Below are positions 30,219-38,352 of a stretch of DNA of 64,000 nt, piece by piece. The position numbers and the translations under genes were made by a program. The stretch comes from Bacillota bacterium. Its GTDB lineage: Bacteria > Bacillota > DTU025. The DNA is taken from the NCBI GenBank assembly GCA_050951805.1, contig JBMNJT010000008.1:128001-192000 (forward strand), in the 5' to 3' direction. The notes beneath the pieces are model-generated. The model worked only from the letters and a program-made list of their open reading frames with translations. It did not search any database and was not told the origin of the DNA. How positions within the stretch are numbered: the first letter of the stretch is position 1; every line of letters begins with the position of its first letter.

Positions 30219-31160
30219 ATGTCACAGCTGGTCGTTGTAGATGGGGATATCGTCGATGTTGAGGAGGCGCACGTGAGCGTGCTTGACAGGGCCAATCTCT
30301 TCGGGGACGGACTATACGAAGTCATTCGATGCTACTCGGGATGCTTGTTCGAGTTGGCAACCCACGTGTCACGCATTCTTGAAGGCGCGAAGGCGCTCGG
30401 CATCTTGCATGATTGGACATCGGAGTCGGTGGAATTGGCGGCCAGGCGGCTGCAGGCCGAGACGGGGATTATGGAGGGCGAGATGTACATCCAGCTTTCG
30501 AGGGGCCCGGCGGTTCGGACGCACTACTTCCCCAAGATACAGTCGCCAACCATGTTTATCACGCTTTCGCCTGTCAGGCCCATCCCGGAAGGAGCGCGCA
30601 CAGTCGGGACCTCCGTCATTACCTGCCCGGACATGCGACATGGCTGGTGCCATTTGAAGACGGTGAATCTGTTGTCTAACTGTCTTGCCAAAGAAAAGGC
30701 CGCAAGGCATGGGGTGTGGGAAGGGCTCATGCTGAGGGGGCTGGACCGGAGCGCGTTGCCTCGGACTGTGGAGGAATACTGCAATGTGCCTGGGGAACTG
30801 TCCGGGGCAAAGCCGGGGGATGATGTTGCGGGGTGGGTTACTGAAGGCGCCAGCGCCAATCTGTTCGTTGTGAAGGACCGGTGGATCGCTACTCCCCCTG
30901 CCTGCAACATTTTGCCCGGGGTTACGCGCCGAATCGCGTTGGAGCTTGCGGAATTGGCCGGGCTTGACGCAGAGGAGAGGCCCGTTGCGGCAAAGGAGCT
31001 TCTCACAGCGGATGAGGTTTTTCTGACCAGCACTATAGGGGAGATAATGCCCGTGGTCAACATAGATGGACATTTGGTGGGCGCAGGAGAACCTGGCCCC
31101 ATAACCAAGAGGCTTGCTGAGATGTACACAGACCGCGTGGCAAGTGCCGCGTGTCAGTGA
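30219..31160 (+). CDS. Class IV aminotransferase (D-amino-acid transaminase-like)
   Basis: DRANLFGDGLYEV, YIQLSRG, RTHYFP, LKTVNLL, EGASANLF, ILPGVTR, ADEVFLTST. Confidence 0.88.
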   Translation: MSQLVVVDGDIVDVEEAHVSVLDRANLFGDGLYEVIRCYSGCLFELATHVSRILEGAKALGILHDWTSESVELAARRLQAETGIMEGEMYIQLSRGPAVRTHYFPKIQSPTMFITLSPVRPIPEGARTVGTSVITCPDMRHGWCHLKTVNLLSNCLAKEKAARHGVWEGLMLRGLDRSALPRTVEEYCNVPGELSGAKPGDDVAGWVTEGASANLFVVKDRWIATPPACNILPGVTRRIALELAELAGLDAEERPVAAKELLTADEVFLTSTIGEIMPVVNIDGHLVGAGEPGPITKRLAEMYTDRVASAACQ

Positions 31161-31187
31161 AGGGTTGATTGTTGGCCAAAAGAATGT

Positions 31188-31240
31188 AGCTCGCCGCGCC
31201 TTGCGCCATGTGGGGGCGCGACCGCGGCGAGCTCTTTATT
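31188..31240. terminator. Inverted repeat between convergent genes (probable bidirectional terminator)
   Basis: AGCTCGCCGCG / CGCGGCGAGCT, with an A-run upstream and a T-run downstream. Confidence 0.5.
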
Positions 31241-31290
31241 CACCGGCTGTTTGTCCTCATCATGCCGGAAAACCCAAGCCCGGGCAGTTT

Positions 31291-32529
31291 CTAAAACTCG
31301 AAGACGGACTTGATAAGGCCTGTGTGTCCGGCATTGAGGTTGGCCTCGATTGCTTGTTTGTAATCCTCGAGCGCAAATTTGTGTGTGAGAAAATGGGCCA
31401 GTTTCAGTCTCTCTGTGCGCAACAGCTCTACTGCTACTTCATACGTGCGCATCCGGCGTCCTTCGAATTTCTCCGTGGAGCACCAGAAGGATCCGCGGAC
31501 CTGTACTTCTTTTAACCATATTGGAGTCCAGTCCACGCCCTTGGGGAAAGACGCTAGCCCCACGAGGACCATGGTACCGTGGGGGAGGGTGAACCGGAGG
31601 GCATCGTCTATGCTAGTGGAGCTCCCTACGCAGTCGTAGACTATGTCGGCGCCGCCCAAAACGACTTTCTTGCCGAGCATCGGGTCGAGGAGCTTGGCGT
31701 CGAGGGCTTTTGCAAGGCTCGTATAGTAGTCTGATGAGCGACTCATGTACACTACCTCGTCCGCCCCGCATTCTTTTGCGGCCTCTCCTTGAAATGGGTA
31801 TTTGGCCAATGCTACGATGCGGGCTTTGCCGCCCAAAGCCCGGATGGCGGCGATGGCCGACAGACCTATTACTCCGCATCCTATCACGAGAACGGTCGAG
31901 TCGTCGCTCGGGAAATTCCTCATAACCGGGTGCAGGGAGGAACAAAAGGCGTCCACAAGCACTGCGTCCTCAAAGGAAACATTATCAGGAATGGGGATGA
32001 GTTGTGTGTAATGGGCTACGAACTCCTCGCTCCAGCCTCCGCCGGTGTCGCGGCATGAGCCGATTGAGAAGCCGGGGGAGACCGTTCCTTCGGTGAAGTT
32101 ATAGCACAGGGAATAATCCCCGCGTGCGCAGGCGGGGCAGACAGGGTCTATCCCCCGCTGTGCGCAGGAGAGTAATGGATCCACAAGAACGCGGGAGCCC
32201 AAGGGCGTCTTGTCGGCCAGCCTCTCTGCGGCGATATCCCCCATCTCCACTACGTATCCGCAATTCTCGTGGCCTATTGTGAACGGGAACGATGCAAATG
32301 GCGAAGTGGCCGGCGAGTCGTGGAGCTGAATGAGGTTCTTGTCGCTCCCGCAGAACCCGGCGTACTTAGTCTTCACCCTCACCCATTCCTGATTGGGCAG
32401 GGAAGGGGGAGAGACGTTTCTAAACACGATGTTCGAGAGCCCATCGTAGTAAGCCCTTTTCGACAGGGGCCCGAATATTGTGGAGTAGGCATACCTAGGA
32501 ACCGAGCCTTCAAACTGAATTGCTTTCAT
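31291..32529 (-). CDS. Zinc-dependent medium-chain dehydrogenase/reductase
   Basis: GFCGSD, GHENCG, structural Zn cysteines (C...CPAC...C), GCGVIG Rossmann motif; ATGA overlap with the upstream gene. Confidence 0.88.
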   Translation of the reverse strand: MKAIQFEGSVPRYAYSTIFGPLSKRAYYDGLSNIVFRNVSPPSLPNQEWVRVKTKYAGFCGSDKNLIQLHDSPATSPFASFPFTIGHENCGYVVEMGDIAAERLADKTPLGSRVLVDPLLSCAQRGIDPVCPACARGDYSLCYNFTEGTVSPGFSIGSCRDTGGGWSEEFVAHYTQLIPIPDNVSFEDAVLVDAFCSSLHPVMRNFPSDDSTVLVIGCGVIGLSAIAAIRALGGKARIVALAKYPFQGEAAKECGADEVVYMSRSSDYYTSLAKALDAKLLDPMLGKKVVLGGADIVYDCVGSSTSIDDALRFTLPHGTMVLVGLASFPKGVDWTPIWLKEVQVRGSFWCSTEKFEGRRMRTYEVAVELLRTERLKLAHFLTHKFALEDYKQAIEANLNAGHTGLIKSVFEF

Positions 32530-33722
32530 TTTATGAGCCCCATATCTTTCCCGTGCTTTTCGAGAAGGCCGAGGGCGAAGTCTATGTCTTCATCGGTATG
32601 GGCGGCGGTGACGTTTGCCCTCAGCCGGCAGGTGTTCACGGGCACCGCCGGATGGAGTATGGGAGATACGAACATGCCGTCCCTGTGAAGTCTCGCCGTA
32701 AGCTCTAAGGTCGGTTCTTCCTGTCCGATTATTATAGGTATGACGCAAGACTTGGTGTTAAGGGTGTCATATCCCAAAGCATTGAGGCCGCCGACGAATC
32801 GGTCGATGTTTCGGCGGACTGCGGCCAGAAGCTGTGGCTCCTCGTCAATCACTTCCAGCGCCGCTGTGATTGCTGCGGCTGACGCCGGCGGTATTGCTGC
32901 GCTGAAGACGAACCCACGGGCGTTGTGGCGGAGGAACTCAATGAGGTCGTGCTTGCCTGCAACGAAGCCGCCTGCGGCCGGCAGGGTCTTCGAGAGAGCT
33001 CCGCTCAACATCTCCACGTCGTGGGGGTCCATGTGGAAATACTCGAGGATGCCGTGGCCGGTTTCGCCTAGAACGCCCAATGAATGGGCCTCATCGACCA
33101 TGAGCCATGCGCCGTACTGCCGACAGATCTCGACGAGCTCGGGAAGTGGGCAGACGTCTCCATCCATGCTGTAGACTGCATCCACTATCACGAGTTTGCC
33201 GTCGTACTTGTCCTTTCCGGCCTCAAGAAGTCGCTTCAGGTCATCCATGTCGTTGTGCTTGAAACGTTGGAATGTGGCGTTGCACAGTAGACAGCCATCG
33301 ATGATGCTAGCGTGGCTCAGCTTGTCTGTAATGACCACGTCGTTTCTTCCCAGCAGAGTCTGTATCGTGCTGAGGTTTGCGACATATCCAGAGCTGTAGG
33401 CTATTGCATCCTCTTGACCTAAAAACTCGGCCAGTTTTGCTTCGCACTTCACGTGTTCGGTGGTGGTTCCGGCTAGAATTCTGACGCCATGTGTTCCTGT
33501 CCCGAAATGGTCCATGGCTTCCATTGCCCGCTCTTGCACCTTGGGGTGTTTCAGAAGGCCCAGGTAGCTGTAGGATGAGAACATCACCATTCGCCTTCCG
33601 CCTATGTGCACGTGCGCGCCGTCCAATTCGTCTACTTGTTGAAGATAGTAATACCTATCACTCATTTTCAGATTGTTGTAGGTTTCGATGAAGGTGTCTA
33701 TGCGGTCTTGAAATACGCTCAC
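32526..33722 (-). CDS. Alpha-oxoamine synthase family PLP enzyme (serine-palmitoyltransferase-like)
   Basis: MFSSYSYLGL, SGYVAN, DKLSHASI, FKHND, DAVYSMDGD, VDEAHSLG, GALSK (PLP Lys), FSAAIPP; GGGAGGG RBS before GTG 33722. Confidence 0.88.
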   Translation of the reverse strand: MSVFQDRIDTFIETYNNLKMSDRYYYLQQVDELDGAHVHIGGRRMVMFSSYSYLGLLKHPKVQERAMEAMDHFGTGTHGVRILAGTTTEHVKCEAKLAEFLGQEDAIAYSSGYVANLSTIQTLLGRNDVVITDKLSHASIIDGCLLCNATFQRFKHNDMDDLKRLLEAGKDKYDGKLVIVDAVYSMDGDVCPLPELVEICRQYGAWLMVDEAHSLGVLGETGHGILEYFHMDPHDVEMLSGALSKTLPAAGGFVAGKHDLIEFLRHNARGFVFSAAIPPASAAAITAALEVIDEEPQLLAAVRRNIDRFVGGLNALGYDTLNTKSCVIPIIIGQEEPTLELTARLHRDGMFVSPILHPAVPVNTCRLRANVTAAHTDEDIDFALGLLEKHGKDMGLIK

Positions 33723-33740
33723 GCTTAACCCTCCCTGCCT

Positions 33741-33795
33741 GTGTTCACAAAAATGTGCACACACACATATTACTACCCCGGATGTGTGGTGTCAA
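33741..33795 (-). promoter_or_regulatory. Promoter and palindromic operator of the AOS-dehydrogenase operon
   Basis: Minus strand TTGACA-N17-TAATAT; GTGTTCACA-AAAA-TGTGCACAC (8/9 dyad) at 33741-33762, between promoter and RBS. Confidence 0.55.
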
Positions 33796-33874
33796 CGCAG
33801 GATGGACTCGGGTTGGCTGAGATTGTTACAGTTAAAATGGGTGCATTGACGCTGACTGTGTGAGGTTGGCAGGA

Positions 33875-34570
33875 CTACATGAGGTTCCCCGGGGCGAGGG
33901 GGCGCGCTATCATGGCTATTGCAATCAGTGTGGCCACTATGAATAACCAGCAGAACAGGGTTCGCGTTTCAGTTCTTGGATCGTTGGGAAGCCCGAACGC
34001 GCAGGCGGCTACGAATCCTCCGAATAATCCTCCGATATGGGCGTAGTTGTCGATGAGGGGGTTTGTGAAGCCTATGATCAGGTTGAGGAGGACTACAAGG
34101 ATGAACCTTGATCCTGCTATAACAGCAAAGTGTTTGGGGTACCTCACCCCAAAATAGAAGAGGCATCCGGCAAGCCCGAATATGGCGCCTGAGGCCCCTA
34201 CACCCAACACCATTGGGTCTGAAAGGTATGTGCTGATGATCGATCCCCATATGCCCGAGAGAAAGTAGATGATTGTGAATCGTCTCGTCCCCAAGAGTCG
34301 TTCTGTTACGTTCCCTAGGTTGTAGAGGGAATACGAGTTCGCGGCGAGGTGAAGCAATCCGGAATGAAGAAAGACGGAAGTCGCCAGTCGCCAGGCTTCG
34401 CCCGCGCGGATCGCCGGCGCGAATTTGGCGCCCCATTTCAGGAGCACGAACGGGTTTTGTGATCCTCCGGCTGCTTCGAGCACGCCAAACATTATCGCGT
34501 TTATCACGAGAAGCGTGTAGGTGGCTGGCGCGGTTCGCTGGACTGACAGCGGCCGTTCCGGGTAGCTCAT
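33875..34570 (-). CDS. Rhomboid family intramembrane serine protease
   Basis: WRLATSVFLH, HLAAN, GASGAIFG (catalytic Ser), AHIGG (catalytic His). Confidence 0.93.
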   Translation of the reverse strand: MSYPERPLSVQRTAPATYTLLVINAIMFGVLEAAGGSQNPFVLLKWGAKFAPAIRAGEAWRLATSVFLHSGLLHLAANSYSLYNLGNVTERLLGTRRFTIIYFLSGIWGSIISTYLSDPMVLGVGASGAIFGLAGCLFYFGVRYPKHFAVIAGSRFILVVLLNLIIGFTNPLIDNYAHIGGLFGGFVAACAFGLPNDPRTETRTLFCWLFIVATLIAIAMIARPLAPGNLM

Positions 34571-34798
34571 TCGTATCCCTCCCAACGGACCCTAATGCAA
34601 ATAGTATACGATATGCGCCATGTGCATCAAGATACCGCATGCGAACGTTCGGCGCATTTCCGGCAATCTGTCCGTAATATGGTTGTCTCCGGCATCGGGA
34701 AGGAGCAACAAAACTGCCGTTAACCGGAGTGGGTGGCCCGCTCAAGCGATAAATAGGGCGAATTTATGCTGATATAGATAAAAAATCGTACTTCTTTC

Positions 34799-34826
34799 GA
34801 ACTTTTTTGCTCCAATTGCATCTATA
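34799..34826 (+). promoter_or_regulatory. sigmaE/AlgU-type ECF promoter
   Basis: GAACTT-N16-TCTATA upstream of, and co-oriented with, an ECF sigma gene. Confidence 0.65.
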
Positions 34827-35479
34827 GTAGTAGAGCCGGGGCAATGCCCAGACGAATTCCATATAGCTGAGCCACCCAGAATTGTATTTACGCTTTGAAA
34901 GAAGTAAGGTTACCACCAATAGACATACATGCATCAGGAGAAGGCAGCAAGATCAGTTTGCGTAACATACCTCCTAGGAAACGCAGCAGGTTTGGATACT
35001 GAAAAGGCGCGGGGATGCAATTATCTGGCGGGGGTAGGAGCATATCCTTGCAGGCAAGTTACGGGTGTAAGGGATGTAGTTGGTTCAGCATGGCACGTCT
35101 GGCAGTTAGCCTCGGCTATTCTTTTCCCGAGATCAAAAGGTGGATGTCGCCACGCTCGACTCCAGTATCGCATAATTGATACACCAAATAGTAGGGAGCC
35201 CGCAGGCTTGCAGGGTACTGCGGCCTTATGGCGAATCCAAAATGGTGTAGTGCTGGGCGATGCAATCCGCCAATTTGCATATTTGCATCCAGATGGCGGG
35301 GGTCAGGCTGGGGCTTGTGTTTCGGCAGGTAGTTGCGGGTATTGGCAACGCCCCTGTTGCTCAATTATGCCCCCTGGCGCCTGAGAAAGCCGGTGGCTTA
35401 CAGGGCTTCTGAAAACGTAGCCCAAGAGGAGTCCCGGCTAAAGTCGCTTTCGGCCTGTTCATCTCGGGAGGTGAACACT

Positions 35480-36086
35480 GTGGGCGATTCTGGGTGGGCC
35501 TCTTTGTCCGACGGAGAGCTGGCGCGTATGGCGGCAACGGGTTCGCAGGACGCCTACTCTGAACTCGTCAGAAGGCACTCGGAGAAGCTCTTGAACCTTG
35601 CTTGGAGGATGTTAGGCTCTCGGGAGGAAGCGTGGGACGCTGTTCAGGAGACTTTTCTGTCTGGCTGGCAAAGCATAGGAAGTTACAGGGGAGATGCCCA
35701 AGTCTATACATGGCTACGGAAGATACTCATGAACGTGGTTTTTGGCAAGTCCAGAAGTGGCGGTCGCATTCAGATGGTATCGCTGGATGAACCTGCAAAG
35801 CTCGAAGGCTTCGAGGTTGAGCTGGAAGTCGCTGACGACTAGCTTCGATCCTCAAGAGGTTGTTGGACGTATGGAAATGATCGACGAGATCCGCCTTGCT
35901 GTGGCTGAGCTGCCGATAATCTATAGGTCGGTTTTTGTTTTGAGAGAGGCTGAGCTGTTGTCTTATGCTGAGATAGCGAAGACTCTGGGAATTTCCGAAG
36001 GTACGGTGAAATCCAGGCTGAACATGGCCAGACGATTGTTGCGGGCAAAGCTAGCTGAGGAAGTGGCCGCTGCGAGAAATGTTTGA
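35480..36086 (+). pseudogene. ECF sigma factor (RpoE/SigW-like) split by a +1 frameshift at about 35837-35842
   Basis: Region 2 (DGELA, AYSELVRRH, EAWDAVQETF, YTWLRKI) ends at TAG 35842; region 4 (LPIIYRSVFVLR, SYAEIA, GTVKSRL) continues in the +1 frame; removing one base gives a 201-aa protein. Confidence 0.85.
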
Positions 36087-36627
36087 AGCTGATGAAGCGC
36101 TCTCTTGGCCAAGCATCCAAAGCCCTTAGGTGGGGGCTTCGAGCAGGCTCTGGCCGTGACCATAGGCACCCTGTGGGACTGGTCATGACATTGCCGGGTA
36201 GGAACAATGCCGTCAGTCGGGAGCCACAGGATGAGATCGCGGATGAAACATACGAGCGCTTGTCAAAGACGCGAGATGCGCGCTCTTGACGCCATGCAGC
36301 TCATTATTACTACAGGTGAAGCCAGACAGGACAGATCTTGTCTTTCGTATGCGCAGGGTCACAAACGATTGGCAGCTCTGTTAGAACCTGCGACCAAGTA
36401 CTGTTTGAAGCAGAAGTCGAGGTAAGGCGTAGAGATTTTGGTCGGCTCCAAATGTGCATGTAACGTGCTACATCACGAAGCAGATGAGGACAGACGACAG
36501 GCTGTTTTGACCTGTGCGTAAGCAGATCAGGTTGGAGCAAGCGGCGAGCACGTTGCTGCGCGAAAGGAGGGAGAACGCTACTTCCTTCCCACACCTGAAG
36601 GAGAGGGTCTCTGTAGCGTGACATCTG

Positions 36628-37155
36628 ATGAAGCAAGAAAAGCCGATACGTCTGTGTTCGGATGGAAACGAAAGATGTTGCAACAAGCACTTGGATTGTC
36701 TGACGTTGGGGATGCATATCGACGGCGAGTTGCAGGGGGTCAGGTTGGATGAGGTGGAAGCTCATCTTGAATCGTGCGCGTTGTGTCGGGAGAAAGCCCA
36801 GTCTTTGGCCGCGCTCGGAGAAGGGTTGAGGTGCGTGCCCAACCCTGCCTGGGATATAGAGGCCATGGTTGGTCTAGTGGAGGCAGAGATCCGGAGCATG
36901 GGCAGGAGGAGGGCAGCGCGAGTTTGGCGGAGGTCTTTGTTGCCTCTGGCTGCTGCTGCGGCGGCGTTGGTGATTCTTTTGACCTCTGTTTCGTCCAGCG
37001 CGTTCAGAAAACAGATGGTCAAACATGAAGAAGTCCTCATCAGATCCCACTACGCAGTCTCCTCGAGCCATGCGGGAGAGGCTCTTGTCTCAAGTCGTGC
37101 CTGGCCCATGCGGGGAAACATAGCCCGTCTCCAGATGCTCGAGGGGTGGCGGTAA
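36628..37155 (+). CDS. Zinc-finger (ZAS, zf-HC2) membrane anti-sigma factor
   Basis: IDGEL, EAHLESCALC (HxxxCxxC), single TM LLPLAAAAAALVILL after a basic stretch. Confidence 0.85.
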   Translation: MKQEKPIRLCSDGNERCCNKHLDCLTLGMHIDGELQGVRLDEVEAHLESCALCREKAQSLAALGEGLRCVPNPAWDIEAMVGLVEAEIRSMGRRRAARVWRRSLLPLAAAAAALVILLTSVSSSAFRKQMVKHEEVLIRSHYAVSSSHAGEALVSSRAWPMRGNIARLQMLEGWR

Positions 37156-37159
37156 TGGG

Positions 37160-38242
37160 ATGAGTGTGCGCGATAGCAGATTTGCCTGGAAAAGAGCGGC
37201 GATTATCATAAGTTTTTTGATGTCGGCAAGTATTCTGTGCCAAGGGGGAGTAGAGGCAATCAACGGGTCGCCATCATATGGCATGAGACCTGATCAACTT
37301 TACGTTCTCTGTCTGACGCCTAAGGCGCAGTTTACGTCCACAATGAGAGTATGGAATCCTTCCATCGGAAACTTGGAGGTTAGAGCCGCCGGCTATGGCG
37401 ACGTGGTTGTGTACTCTGTGAAGCTGCTAGATTGCGAATCATGCTTGGCTGTGAGCGGCAACATGGCGGCATGCTACAATCTTCCCATTGATAAATCAGC
37501 TATGGGCAGGGTGGGCTCTGTGTCTGGCGGAGGCGTCGTGCTTGTGCCCTTGGAAGAGAGCGCCACGGGACGGCTTTTGGCAATGCTTATGCCGGTGGGT
37601 GATAACCTGCCGCTGTTGATGCGCAATTACTCCATCATGGAATCTGCAGGCTACTTCTACCGCGGACGGGAGAGTGTGAAGCTCAAGCTCGTGCCGAAGG
37701 TAGCGGGGAATGTCGGGAGGACTGTGTGGATCGATAAAAAATCCGGAGTCCTGCTCAGCCTTGAGGATGTGAACTGGCGCGGAGAAGTGATACAGCGCGT
37801 TCAGACCCTGGAGATAGATCACGCGCCCGAGCTTGATGCGGAGGGGCTTAGATGCGCCAGGGCGGCGCTGGCTATGGCCGCGAACAATAGGGGCACGAAT
37901 AAGGATGCTACGGCAGAATACGCCTCGCAGGTTCTCGGCTTCAAGATTGCAATTCCCAGATGGACGCCGGCAGGCTACGAGCTTTTGGGCGTGAGGGTTC
38001 TTGAAGGTGTCACAGGTCGATATCCGCTTGCCCGGGGTGTTGGGGGCGTTGCCCATCTTGTGTACTACGACGGTCTTGGGCTGATATCGCTTTACGAAAG
38101 ATGCGTTCCGTGGTGGGCCGCTTCTACGTCGGAGCCTAGGGCAGGGAATGTGATCGAATGGGAACAGAACTGCATCAGGTATCTGCTTGTAGGCGACATA
38201 GATCCGGGACTCCTCCTCAGAATGGCCCGGAGCGTGCTATAA
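37160..38242 (+). CDS. RseB/MucB-like sigmaE regulatory protein (exported)
   Basis: Signal peptide; LLMRNY, GRESVKLKLVP, VWIDKKSGVLL, PRWTPAGY, HLVYYDGLGLISLYE, LVGDI; lies directly after the anti-sigma gene. Confidence 0.7.
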   Translation: MSVRDSRFAWKRAAIIISFLMSASILCQGGVEAINGSPSYGMRPDQLYVLCLTPKAQFTSTMRVWNPSIGNLEVRAAGYGDVVVYSVKLLDCESCLAVSGNMAACYNLPIDKSAMGRVGSVSGGGVVLVPLEESATGRLLAMLMPVGDNLPLLMRNYSIMESAGYFYRGRESVKLKLVPKVAGNVGRTVWIDKKSGVLLSLEDVNWRGEVIQRVQTLEIDHAPELDAEGLRCARAALAMAANNRGTNKDATAEYASQVLGFKIAIPRWTPAGYELLGVRVLEGVTGRYPLARGVGGVAHLVYYDGLGLISLYERCVPWWAASTSEPRAGNVIEWEQNCIRYLLVGDIDPGLLLRMARSVL

Positions 38243-38352
38243 ACGGCCCCGGCGGCCGATCCAGACAATCGATGATTGCTGGAGGGTAAACCCCTCTGAG
38301 CAGAGAATACCCTTTGGGGTGTAAATTCCTGCTCGGAGGGGGTTGCTCTATT

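Noticed and set aside
30038-30325. N-terminal 96-aa extension of the carboxyltransferase ORF
   Set aside because: It overlaps the divergent aminotransferase and its promoter region; the real start is 30037 or 30028.
35060-35140. tRNA-like start GGGATGTAGTTGGTTCAGC
   Set aside because: No T-arm GTTCGA, no cloverleaf and no acceptor-stem pairing.
35840-35842. Pyrrolysine/amber read-through of the sigma TAG
   Set aside because: The same frame beyond the TAG is not sigma-like; region 4 is in the +1 frame.
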